Virus record (IMG/VR): IMGVR_UViG_2851982317_000002 | Strand: one strand, 5' to 3' | DNA length: 63,616 nucleotides | Source of the DNA: a virus | Taxonomy: Duplodnaviria; Heunggongvirae; Uroviricota; Caudoviricetes | In this document: in pieces, positions 19,059 through 28,055 of the stretch | How positions within the stretch are numbered: position 1 is the first letter of the stretch | Layout of the letters: the number at the start of each line of letters is the position of its first letter | Made by a program: the position numbers and the translations under genes | The notes under the pieces: generated by a model | Seen by the model: the letters and a program-made list of their open reading frames with translations, nothing else | What the model was told of the DNA's origin: nothing | Databases searched by the model: none

Positions 19059-21160
19059 TGCTGAATCAGGAAACCGCAAAGGCAGCACGAACCGATTCAG
19101 GTTATATCCTTCGCGCACCGAGACGAATGCGGGTTGCTGATGCCGTTGCTCAGTATATGCGGGTGCCCATGGGGGCCGGGAATTCAGTCCCGTGGGATCC
19201 GCTGGTGGCACCGTATGTTATTGAGCCGATGAACTGCCTGGCCTCGCGTGAATACGACGCAGTGATATTTGTTGGCCCGGCACGAACTGGCAAGACTATC
19301 GGCCTGATTGACGGCTGGGTGATTTACAATGTGATTTGCGATCCTGCTGATATGCTGATCATTCAGATGACGGAGGAAAAAGCCCGCGAACACTCCAAAA
19401 AACGACTTGCCAGAACGTTTCGCGTCAGCCCGGAAGTGGTCAGTCGCCTGAGTCCGAACAAAAATGACAACAACGTTTATGACAGAACATTCCTTGCTGG
19501 CAACTACCTGAAAATCGGCTGGCCGTCAGTCAATATCATGTCCTCATCAGATTATAAATGCGTGGCGCTGACGGATTATGACCGTTTTCCGGAAGATATT
19601 GATGGCGAGGGGGATGCCTTCTCTCTTGCCTCAAAACGTACCACCACATTTATGTCCAGTGGTATGACGCTGGTGGAGAGTTCCCCCGGCAGGGATGTGA
19701 AGGATGTGAAATGGCGACGGACTTCACCGCATGAGGCTCCACCAACCACGGGGATACTGTCGCTCTATAACCGTGGCGATCGCCGTCGCTGGTACTGGCC
19801 CTGTCCACACTGTGGTGAGTATTTTCAGCCCTGCGGCGATGTGGTTGCTGGTTTCCGTGATATTGCCGATCCCGTGCTGGCAAGTGAGGCGGCTTATATT
19901 CAGTGTCCTTCCTGTTCAGGACGGATTATGCCTGAACAAAAACGTGAGCTGAACGGACGTGGGGTCTGGTTGCGGGATGGTGAATCCATCAATGCGGATG
20001 GCAGTCGTTATGGTGATCCCCGACGCTCACGTATTGCGTCATTCTGGATGGAGGGTCCGGCAGCTGCTTACCAGACACTCTCGCAACTCGTTTACAAACT
20101 GCTTACTGCAGAACAGGAATACGAGACAACCGGAAGTGAAGAAACACTCAAGACGGTTATCAATACCGACTGGGGATTACCTTATCTTCCCCGTGCCAGC
20201 ATGGAGCAACGAAAAAGTGAACTGCTTGAGCAGCGGGCAGAGCCAGTTCCTTCCCGCAGTGTGCCGGATGGCGTTAATTTCCTGGTGGCGACAGTTGATG
20301 TGCAGGCGGGACGTCATCGCCGTTTTGTGGTTCAGGTAACGGGCTATGGCAGCCGTGGCGAACGCTGGATTATTGATCGTTACAACATCACGCAGTCATT
20401 GCGCGGTGACAGCGACGGGGAGAGCCAGCGAATTGATCCGGCCAGCTATCCGGAAGACTGGGATGTCCTGCTGACGGATGTTTTTCATAAAAGCTGGCCG
20501 CTGGCCTCCGATCCTTCTCAACAAATGCGACTGATGGCAATGGCGGTGGACTCCGGCGGTGAAGACGGGGTCACTGATAATGCCTATAAATTCTGGCGTC
20601 GTTGCCGTCGTGATGGCCTTGGTAAACGTATTTACCTGTTTAAGGGCGACAGCATCCGGCGCGCAAAACTGATCACCCGTACATTCCCTGATAACACCGG
20701 ACGAACGGGCCGACGGGCGCAGGCCGCAGGTGATGTGCCGCTCTGGCTTCTTCAGACGGATGCCCTGAAAGATCGGGTGAATAACGCGTTATGGCGTGAC
20801 TCTCCAGGTCCCGGCTATGTGCATTTCCCTGACTGGCTGGGGAGCTGGTTTTACGACGAACTGACGTATGAAGAGCGGAGTAGTGACGGGAAATGGAGTA
20901 AGCCGGGTCGCGGTGCCAACGAAGCTTTTGACCTGATGGTGTATGCCGAGGCTCTGGTCATTCTGCATGGATACGAAAAGATCCGCTGGCCGGATGCACC
21001 GGAGTGGGCGAGCCGGGAAACCTGGCTGGAGTGTGTCCCGGACAGTACCGAACCGTCACCCTCACCGGAACCGGTATCCACGCCTGTTAAAAAACAAAAA
21101 CGGAAGAAAACAGTAACTGACGATGTTAACCCCTGGCTGACTTCCGGAGGATGGTTATGA
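19058..21160 (+). CDS. terminase large subunit (lambda gpA family)
   Basis: 700 aa; Walker A VGPARTGKT; CxxC zinc-ribbon-like WPCPHCGEYF; size and position as for lambda A. Confidence 0.9.
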   Translation: MLNQETAKAARTDSGYILRAPRRMRVADAVAQYMRVPMGAGNSVPWDPLVAPYVIEPMNCLASREYDAVIFVGPARTGKTIGLIDGWVIYNVICDPADMLIIQMTEEKAREHSKKRLARTFRVSPEVVSRLSPNKNDNNVYDRTFLAGNYLKIGWPSVNIMSSSDYKCVALTDYDRFPEDIDGEGDAFSLASKRTTTFMSSGMTLVESSPGRDVKDVKWRRTSPHEAPPTTGILSLYNRGDRRRWYWPCPHCGEYFQPCGDVVAGFRDIADPVLASEAAYIQCPSCSGRIMPEQKRELNGRGVWLRDGESINADGSRYGDPRRSRIASFWMEGPAAAYQTLSQLVYKLLTAEQEYETTGSEETLKTVINTDWGLPYLPRASMEQRKSELLEQRAEPVPSRSVPDGVNFLVATVDVQAGRHRRFVVQVTGYGSRGERWIIDRYNITQSLRGDSDGESQRIDPASYPEDWDVLLTDVFHKSWPLASDPSQQMRLMAMAVDSGGEDGVTDNAYKFWRRCRRDGLGKRIYLFKGDSIRRAKLITRTFPDNTGRTGRRAQAAGDVPLWLLQTDALKDRVNNALWRDSPGPGYVHFPDWLGSWFYDELTYEERSSDGKWSKPGRGANEAFDLMVYAEALVILHGYEKIRWPDAPEWASRETWLECVPDSTEPSPSPEPVSTPVKKQKRKKTVTDDVNPWLTSGGWL

Positions 21161-21369
21161 ACCAGAATGATATCGAAGCCATGATTCAGCGTTATATGGA
21201 AGCTGAAATGGCGGTGCTGGACGGAAAATCCGTCACCTTTAATGGTCAGCAGATGACCATGGAAAACTTATCTGAGATCCGGCAGGGACGGCAGGAGTGG
21301 GAGCGCCGCCTTGCGGCTCTGATTACACGACGACGGGGGCATCCCGGGTACCGGCTGGCGAGGTTCTGA
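21157..21369 (+). CDS. head-tail joining protein W-like
   Basis: 70 aa from the ATG at 21157, overlapping the terL stop (ATGA); C-terminal RRRGxPG motif as in lambda gpW. Confidence 0.6.
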   Translation: MNQNDIEAMIQRYMEAEMAVLDGKSVTFNGQQMTMENLSEIRQGRQEWERRLAALITRRRGHPGYRLARF

Positions 21370-22877
21370 TGGCAATTCTTGATGATGTGATTGGCGTTTT
21401 TTCACCTGGATGGAAAGCGGCAAGGCTGCGTTCCCGTGCGGTGATCCAGGCTTATGAAGCCGTAAAAACGACGCGGACACACAAAGCCCGACGGGAGAAC
21501 CGAACTGCCGACCAGCTAAGCCAGTACGGGGCCGTGTCGTTACGTGAGCAGGCCCGTTACCTTGATAACAACCACGATCTGGTTATTGGTGTATTTGACA
21601 AGCTGGAAGAACGGGTGGTGGGGAAAAACGGGATTATTGTCGAGCCACATCCGGTATTACGCAATGGGGCCATTGCCCGTGATCTGGCAGCGGAGATTCG
21701 CACCCGATGGAGTGAATGGTCTGTCAGCCCGGAAGTCACCGGGCAGTTTACCCGTCCGATGCTGGAACGTCTGATGCTGCGTACCTGGCTGCGCGATGGT
21801 GAGGTGTTTGCCCAGATGGTTTCCGGGCGCATAAACAGCCTGACGCCTTCTGCCGGTGTTCATTTCTGGCTGGAGGCGCTCGAGCCAGACTTTATTCCCA
21901 TGACCAGTGATGAGAGCAACAGGCTGAATCAGGGCGTGTTTGTTGATGACTGGGGGCGTCCCGAAAAATATCTGGTGTATAAAAGCCGTCCCGTATCCGG
22001 ACGGCAGATGGAAACCAAAGAAGTGGATGCAGAGCGAATGCTGCATCTTAAATTTGTTCGCCGTCTGCACCAGATGCGCGGGACGTCTTTGTTGTCCGGT
22101 GTGCTGATCCGCCTCAGTGCCCTGAAAGATTATGAAGATTATGAGCTGACTGCAGCAAGGATCGCCGCTGCTCTGGGGATGTACATCCGCAAAGGCGACG
22201 GGCAGAGCTATGAACCGGATGGTAATGGCAGCAAGGATAAGGAACGCGAGCTTACCATTCAGCCAGGCATTATTTACGACGATCTGAAACCCGGCGAAGA
22301 AATCGGAATGGTGAAGTCGGATCGCCCCAATCCTAACCTTGAAACTTTTCGTAATGGTCAGTTGCGTGCCGTGGCGGCGGGCAGTCGTCTGAGTTTTTCC
22401 AGTACAGCGCGCAACTATAACGGCACTTACAGCGCCCAGCGTCAGGAGCTGGTTGAATCTACTGATGGCTACCTGATCCTGCAGGACTGGTTTATTGGTG
22501 CCGTCACCCGCCCGATGTATCGTGCATGGCTGAAACAGGCTGTGGCATCCGGTGTTATCAGGCTACCCCGCGATCTTGACCGTTCTTCACTGTATACCGC
22601 GGTGTATTCCGGACCGGTGATGCCGTGGATTGACCCTGTTAAGGAGGCTGAGGCCTGGAAAATCCAGATTCGTGGTGGAGCGGCGACAGAATCAGACTGG
22701 GTACGTGCTGGTGGTCGTAATCCGGATGATGTCAAACGTCGGCGCAAGGCCGAAATTGATGAAAACCGCAAACTGGATCTGGTATTTGATACCGATCCGG
22801 CCAGTGATAAAGGAGGCAGTAGTGCCGCAACGAAACGACAGGAGCCGCAGCACACCGACGACCAGTCCGAAGATTAA
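21369..22877 (+). CDS. portal protein
   Basis: 502 aa from the ATG at 21369 (TGATG overlap with the W-like gene); size and position between W and the protease-capsid gene. Confidence 0.8.
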   Translation: MAILDDVIGVFSPGWKAARLRSRAVIQAYEAVKTTRTHKARRENRTADQLSQYGAVSLREQARYLDNNHDLVIGVFDKLEERVVGKNGIIVEPHPVLRNGAIARDLAAEIRTRWSEWSVSPEVTGQFTRPMLERLMLRTWLRDGEVFAQMVSGRINSLTPSAGVHFWLEALEPDFIPMTSDESNRLNQGVFVDDWGRPEKYLVYKSRPVSGRQMETKEVDAERMLHLKFVRRLHQMRGTSLLSGVLIRLSALKDYEDYELTAARIAAALGMYIRKGDGQSYEPDGNGSKDKERELTIQPGIIYDDLKPGEEIGMVKSDRPNPNLETFRNGQLRAVAAGSRLSFSSTARNYNGTYSAQRQELVESTDGYLILQDWFIGAVTRPMYRAWLKQAVASGVIRLPRDLDRSSLYTAVYSGPVMPWIDPVKEAEAWKIQIRGGAATESDWVRAGGRNPDDVKRRRKAEIDENRKLDLVFDTDPASDKGGSSAATKRQEPQHTDDQSED

Positions 22878-24849
22878 TTCCTGGTTCAGGATGCAGGCTG
22901 GTCACCAGAGTGACGCGGATATTTATATTTATGACGAGATTGGTTTCTGGGGTGTTACAGCGAAGCAGTTTATCAGTGATCTGAATGCACTGGGCGATAT
23001 CACCCACATTAATCTCCATATTAATTCACCGGGTGGCGATGTCTTTGAAGGCATCGCCATTTTTAATGCGCTGAAAACACATGGTGCGTCCATTACCGTT
23101 TATGTCGACGGTGTGGCGGCGTCAATGGCGTCGGTCATTGCGATGGTGGGAAACCCGGTCATTATGCCGGAAAACACCTTCATGATGATTCATAAACCAT
23201 TTGGCTTTACGGGCGGTGATGCGGAGGACATGCGCACCTATGCCGACCTGCTCGATAAGGTTGAGGCGGTTCTGTTACCCGCTTATGCACAGAAAACCGG
23301 GAAAACCACCGATGAAATTGCTGCCATGCTGGCGGATGAGACCTGGATGTCCGGTGCCGAATGTCTGGCACAGGGATTTGCTGATCAGGTGACGCCAGCC
23401 GTTAAGGCAATGGCATGTATTCAGTCAAAACGTACAGAGGAATTTAAAAAGATGCCGGAATCCATTCGAAACATGATTACTCCGCCACGCAACAGTGCTC
23501 CACGCGTACAGGATGATGAACCTGCAGCCTCCCGGACGCCAGTGCAGGCAGCAGCACCCGTGGTGGATGAAAACAGCATCCGTGCGCAGGTCCTGGCAGA
23601 GCAAAAAGCGCGTGTAAACGGTATTAATGATCTGTTTGCCATGTTTGGCGGGCGTTATCAGGCGCTGCAGGCTCAGTGTCTTGCCGATCCTGAATGTTCG
23701 CTGGAGCAGGCCCGCGAAAAGCTGTTGAACGAGATGGGGCGCGAGTCCACGCCATCCAATAAAAATACCCCGGCTCATATTTATGCCGGTAACGGTAATT
23801 TTGTGGGGGACGGGATCCGCCAGGCGCTGATGGCGCGTGCCGGATTTGAAAAAACCGAACGTGATAATGTCTACAACGGGATGACCCTGCGTGAATATGC
23901 CCGTATGTCACTGACTGAACGGGGTATTGGGGTTTCCAGTTATAACCCGATGCAGATGGTCGGTGCGGCGTTCACACACAGTACGTCTGACTTCGGTAAT
24001 ATTCTGCTGGATGTTGCGAACAAAGCCATTCTGCAGGGCTGGGAAGATGCCCCTGAAACCTATGAACAGTGGACGCGGAAAGGTCAGTTGTCTGATTTTA
24101 AAATTGCCCATCGTGTGGGTATGGGGGGCTTCAGTGCTCTGCGTCAGGTGCGTGAAGGGGCGGAATATAAATACGTCACCACCGGAGATAAACAGGCCAC
24201 TATTGCACTGGCGACCTATGGCGAGCTGTTCAGTATCACCCGTCAGGCCATTATCAATGATGATCTGAATATGCTGACCGATGTCCCGATGAAACTGGGC
24301 CGTGCGGCGAAATCCACTATTGCCGATCTGGTTTATGCCATTCTGACGTCTAACCCGAAAATCTCCACAGATAATGTAAGTCTGTTCGATAAAGCGAAAC
24401 ATGCAAACGTACTGGAGAGCGCTGCAATGGACGTGGCATCGCTGGATAAAGCCCGCCAGTTGATGCGCGTTCAGAAAGAGGGTGAGCGTCATCTGAATAT
24501 TCGTCCTGCGTTCGTACTGGTACCGACGGCGATGGAGTCTGTTGCTAACCAGGTCATTCGCTCCTCAAGTGTCAAGGGGGCTGACATTAACGCCGGTATT
24601 ATTAACCCGGTGAAAGATTTTGCGACCGTTATTGCAGAGCCTCGTCTTGATGATAACAGCCAGACCACCTTCTACCTGGCTGCGTCAAAAGGCTCCGATA
24701 CGATTGAAGTGGCTTATCTCAACGGTGTGGATACGCCATATATTGATCAGATGGAGGGCTTCAGTGTGGATGGCGTGACAACGAAAGTGCGTATTGACGC
24801 CGGTGTCGCGCCAGTTGATCACCGCGGTCTGGTGAAATGTACGGCGTAA
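22822..24849 (+). CDS. prohead protease (ClpP/S49-like) - scaffold - major capsid fusion protein
   Basis: GTG at 22822 five nt after AGGAGG; N-terminal protease-like region (IYIYDEIGFWG...INSPGGDVFEG...MASVIAMVGNPV), C-terminal capsid-like region; single long ORF. Confidence 0.75.
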   Translation: MPQRNDRSRSTPTTSPKINSWFRMQAGHQSDADIYIYDEIGFWGVTAKQFISDLNALGDITHINLHINSPGGDVFEGIAIFNALKTHGASITVYVDGVAASMASVIAMVGNPVIMPENTFMMIHKPFGFTGGDAEDMRTYADLLDKVEAVLLPAYAQKTGKTTDEIAAMLADETWMSGAECLAQGFADQVTPAVKAMACIQSKRTEEFKKMPESIRNMITPPRNSAPRVQDDEPAASRTPVQAAAPVVDENSIRAQVLAEQKARVNGINDLFAMFGGRYQALQAQCLADPECSLEQAREKLLNEMGRESTPSNKNTPAHIYAGNGNFVGDGIRQALMARAGFEKTERDNVYNGMTLREYARMSLTERGIGVSSYNPMQMVGAAFTHSTSDFGNILLDVANKAILQGWEDAPETYEQWTRKGQLSDFKIAHRVGMGGFSALRQVREGAEYKYVTTGDKQATIALATYGELFSITRQAIINDDLNMLTDVPMKLGRAAKSTIADLVYAILTSNPKISTDNVSLFDKAKHANVLESAAMDVASLDKARQLMRVQKEGERHLNIRPAFVLVPTAMESVANQVIRSSSVKGADINAGIINPVKDFATVIAEPRLDDNSQTTFYLAASKGSDTIEVAYLNGVDTPYIDQMEGFSVDGVTTKVRIDAGVAPVDHRGLVKCTA

Positions 24850-24872
24850 ACGTCGCAGACAACAACTCTGAT

Positions 24873-24892
24873 GGCCCGTAAGGGCTTTTTTT
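24873..24892 (+). terminator. putative intrinsic terminator after the capsid gene
   Basis: Short GC hairpin GCCCGTAAGGGC followed by TTTTTTT. Confidence 0.45.
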
Positions 24893-24935
24893 GTACCTGA
24901 AATCAGCCCCTGAACGGGGCTGTGCGGAGACAGTT

Positions 24936-25259
24936 ATGGCAAAGAATTTTGTAGAAGAAGGAAAAACGGTGGCGATTGTTGCCAGTGCAGCCATCAGCAG
25001 CGGAGATCTGGTGCAGGTGGGTGATGTTTTTGCGGTGGCGCTGACCGATATTCCACAGGGTGAAACAGGCGACGGCATGACCGAAGGTGTGTTTATGCTG
25101 CCTAAGCTGAAAACGGATGACATGAAAACGGGTAAGAAGGTTTATCTGAAGTCCGGAAAAGTTCAGCTGACTAACAGCGGCTCTGATCCGCTGGTCGGGG
25201 TTGTCTGGGCAGATGCCGGAACCAGTGCAGAAGAAGTGCCGGTAAAACTCAATGTCTGA
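24936..25259 (+). CDS. small head protein (DUF2190-like / possible decoration protein)
   Basis: 107 aa from the ATG at 24936 with GGAGA RBS; family guess from position after the capsid gene and from memory. Confidence 0.45.
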   Translation: MAKNFVEEGKTVAIVASAAISSGDLVQVGDVFAVALTDIPQGETGDGMTEGVFMLPKLKTDDMKTGKKVYLKSGKVQLTNSGSDPLVGVVWADAGTSAEEVPVKLNV

Positions 25260-25527
25260 TCCCTTTTCCCGGCTGGCAGCGCGTATGGATGCGATCACGG
25301 TCAGAAAGATGGGAAAGACAGCCTCGATTAATGATGCCGATATGACTGTGATCCCGGGAGAAACACTGGCAGAGCTGAATGCTCTGTCCGGACCTGCGGT
25401 ATCTCTGGTGGTGTTTTCTTCGGGATACCGCCCACGGCGCGGGGATCGCGTTGTTTATGACGGACAACAATGGACGGTCACACGGCATGAACGTTTTAAC
25501 GGTAAGCCAATGATCTTTATTGAGTAA
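25252..25527 (+). CDS. head-tail connector/adaptor protein
   Basis: 91-aa ORF overlapping the upstream stop; position between head and tail-completion genes. Confidence 0.5.
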   Translation: MSDPFSRLAARMDAITVRKMGKTASINDADMTVIPGETLAELNALSGPAVSLVVFSSGYRPRRGDRVVYDGQQWTVTRHERFNGKPMIFIE

Positions 25528-25538
25528 AGAGGTGTGGG

Positions 25539-26117
25539 ATGAAGGGGCTTGAGAATGCCATCCGTAATCTGAACAGCCTTGATACCCGTATGGTGCCACA
25601 GGCCAGCGCATGGGCGATAAACCGTGTGGCACAGAAAGCGGTCTCGGTCGCCACCCGGCAGGTTGCCGGGAATACCGTTGCGGGAGATAACCAGGTGAAA
25701 GGGATCCCCCTGAAATTGGTACGTCAGCGTGTCCGGGTGTTTAAAGCCAGTCCGTCAGGAAAAATGACGGCCAGGATCCGCGTTAACCGGGGCAATCTGC
25801 CCGCTATTAAGCTGGGGACAGCCCGGGTCAGACTGGCCCGGCGTGGTGGAAAACTGCAGTACCGTGGCAGTGTGCTGAAGGTGGGTAAATATCTTTTCCG
25901 GGATGCGTTTATTCAGCAACTGGCGAATGGTCGCTGGCATGTGATGCGGCGTATTGATGGCAAAAATCGTTACCCCATTGATGTGGTGAAAGTCCCGCTG
26001 TCCGGACCGCTGACACAGGCATTTGAAGATGCCCGCGACCGCATTATTGCTGCGGAAATGCCGAAACAGCTGGGGTATGCACTGAAACAACAACTGAGGT
26101 TATGGCTGACCCGATGA
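25539..26117 (+). CDS. tail completion protein Z-like
   Basis: 192 aa, same length as lambda gpZ and in the same position upstream of U. Confidence 0.6.
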   Translation: MKGLENAIRNLNSLDTRMVPQASAWAINRVAQKAVSVATRQVAGNTVAGDNQVKGIPLKLVRQRVRVFKASPSGKMTARIRVNRGNLPAIKLGTARVRLARRGGKLQYRGSVLKVGKYLFRDAFIQQLANGRWHVMRRIDGKNRYPIDVVKVPLSGPLTQAFEDARDRIIAAEMPKQLGYALKQQLRLWLTR

Positions 26118-26515
26118 ACCGACATACACAAATCCGCCAGGCCGTACTGGCACGCCTTCGGGAACAGTGTGGAGACAGCGCCACGTTTTTTGACGGGCTT
26201 CCGGCATTTATTGATGCGCAGGAACTGCCTGCCGTGGCGGTGTGGCTGAGTGATGCTCAGTACACCGGAAAAATGACGGATGAAGATGACTGGCAGGCTG
26301 TTCTGCATATTGCTGTCTTCATCCGGGCACAGGCACCGGATTCAGAGCTGGATATGTGGATGGAGAGCACCATTTTCCCGGCTCTGAATGATATACCGGC
26401 ACTTTCCGGACTCATCGACACCCTGATCCCTCTCGGTTTTAACTATCAACGTGATAATGAGATGGCCACCTGGGCGATGGCGGAAATCACGTACCAGATC
26501 ACGTACACGAATTAA
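26102..26515 (+). CDS. U: tail terminator protein U
   Basis: Strong resemblance to lambda gpU as I recall it (ATFFDG...PAVAV...SELD.WMES...DIPALS.LI...Y.ITY); start may be the ATG at 26114. Confidence 0.85.
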   Translation: MADPMNRHTQIRQAVLARLREQCGDSATFFDGLPAFIDAQELPAVAVWLSDAQYTGKMTDEDDWQAVLHIAVFIRAQAPDSELDMWMESTIFPALNDIPALSGLIDTLIPLGFNYQRDNEMATWAMAEITYQITYTN

Positions 26516-26526
26516 AGGAGGTGGCA

Positions 26527-27270
26527 ATGACCACACCAAATCCACTGGCAAAAACGAAAGGTGCGGGAACGACGTTCTGGATGTACACCGGCAAGGGCGA
26601 TGCGTTTGCGAACCCTTTATCGGACACTGACTGGCTGCGTCTTGCGATGGTGAAGGATCTGCAACCTGGCGAAATGACCGCTGATGCAGAAGATGACACT
26701 TATCTCGATGATGAAGATGCAGACTGGAAAACGACAACCCAGGGGCAGAAATCCGTCGGTGATACTTCGGCGACGCTGGCCTGGCGTCCGGGTGACAGCG
26801 GGCAGAAAAAACTGGTTCAGTTGTTCGACTCCGGTGAAGTCTGCGCGTTTCGTATCAAATATCCCAACGGCACTGTTGATGTTTTCCGTGGCTGGCTGAG
26901 CTCACTGGGTAAAACCATTGCCTCAAAAGACGTGATGACCCGCACAGTGAAAATCAGCGGTGTGGGGCGTCCGCATCTGGCAGAGGAAGGCACTGAAACA
27001 GTGAGCGTTACCGGGCTGACGGTGGCACCGGCATCTGCCAGTGTAAAAGTGGGAGCAACCACCACGCTGACCTTTACAGTAAAACCTGACGGAGCCAGTG
27101 ACAAAGCGATCAGTGTGCATTCGACAGATCCACAGACTGCCACGGTGACCCTGAACGGGCTTGTGGCCACGGTGAAAGGCGTGAAGCAGGGCAGTGTCAG
27201 CATTGTGGGCATGACTTCTGACGGCGATTTTGTGGCCGTGGCTGCGGTGGCTGTCAGCGCCGCAGGTTAA
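26527..27270 (+). CDS. V: major tail protein V
   Basis: ATG at 26527 six nt after AAGGAG (the track's GTG at 26521 is too close to the RBS); close resemblance to lambda gpV (VKGAGTT...YLDDEDADW...NGTVDVFRGW) with a C-terminal Ig-like extension. Confidence 0.9.
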   Translation: MTTPNPLAKTKGAGTTFWMYTGKGDAFANPLSDTDWLRLAMVKDLQPGEMTADAEDDTYLDDEDADWKTTTQGQKSVGDTSATLAWRPGDSGQKKLVQLFDSGEVCAFRIKYPNGTVDVFRGWLSSLGKTIASKDVMTRTVKISGVGRPHLAEEGTETVSVTGLTVAPASASVKVGATTTLTFTVKPDGASDKAISVHSTDPQTATVTLNGLVATVKGVKQGSVSIVGMTSDGDFVAVAAVAVSAAG

Positions 27271-27290
27271 CAGGACGATACTCATCATTT

Positions 27291-27314
27291 GCCCCGGTTA
27301 TCCGGGGCTTTTTT
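27291..27314 (+). terminator. intrinsic terminator after gene V
   Basis: GCCCCGG-(TTAT)-CCGGGGC hairpin followed by TTTTTT. Confidence 0.6.
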
Positions 27315-27330
27315 GCAGGTGGAGAACATG

Positions 27331-27717
27331 ATGTTTCTGAAACAGGGCTCGTTTAATTATGAAAAGCAGTCCGTGGTGCTCAGTGAGCTGTCCGGGCTGC
27401 AGAGAATTGAATATCTGGCGTTTGTTCAGCAGCGAACGGCAAAGTTTGATGCCGAAGAGGGAGAACTGCCGGAGGCTGAACGACAGATTGCTTTTCTGCG
27501 GATGGGGATGGATATCAATGCCTGGCTGGTTTCCCGCTCACTGTGGAATGCGGAACAGTCTCAGGATGTTGAGACGCTTTGCGCATCCGTTATTACAACA
27601 TGGTCGTATGATGCCCTGGGAGCGGGGGCGGAGATGGTTCTGTCGCTGAGCGGTATGGGAGCCATTGAGAATGCCGGGGATTTGGAGCATGAGGTGCTGA
27701 CGCCGGAAAAGTCCTGA
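27331..27717 (+). CDS. G: tail assembly chaperone G
   Basis: ATG at 27331 (MFLKQGSF...) six nt after GGAG; resembles lambda gpG (MFLK...LSELS.LQRIE.LA). Confidence 0.8.
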   Translation: MFLKQGSFNYEKQSVVLSELSGLQRIEYLAFVQQRTAKFDAEEGELPEAERQIAFLRMGMDINAWLVSRSLWNAEQSQDVETLCASVITTWSYDALGAGAEMVLSLSGMGAIENAGDLEHEVLTPEKS

Positions 27718-28055
27718 CGCGGGAAATGCAGTTTGTCATGCGGCTTGCCCGGGAGTTCCGGCGGGCAGACTGGCGGCGGATGCTGTCGGAAATGTCGGCC
27801 ACTGAGCTTGGTGAATGGGGCGATTATTTCCGGATGCAGAGCTTCAGTGATGTGTGGATGGATGCGCAGTTTGCCTCGCTGAAGGCATTGATCGTGAGAA
27901 TGGTGTCCGGTAGCAGTGATGCTGCGGTGGCTGATTTCAGCCTTTTACCGGAAGAGAACGGGATACCGGAGCGAACGGACGAAGAACTGATGCATCTTGG
28001 GGAAGGTATTTCCGGAGGTGTGCGTTATGGACCAGATAGCCAACCTGGTCATTGA
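27331..28055 (+). CDS. tail assembly chaperone G-T fusion via putative programmed -1 frameshift (G frame to about 27711, then -1 frame to 28055)
   Basis: The -1 frame opens only after a stop at 27690-27692 and runs to 28055; the G stop is at 27715-27717, so any shift must occur within 27693-27714; candidate slip site GGAAAAG (27705-27711). Confidence 0.5.

Noticed and set aside
22630-22821. 5' extension of the protease-capsid ORF as given in the ORF track (start 22630)
   Set aside because: It would overlap the portal gene by about 250 nt with no RBS; a GTG at 22822 with a strong AGGAGG 5 nt upstream is a far better start
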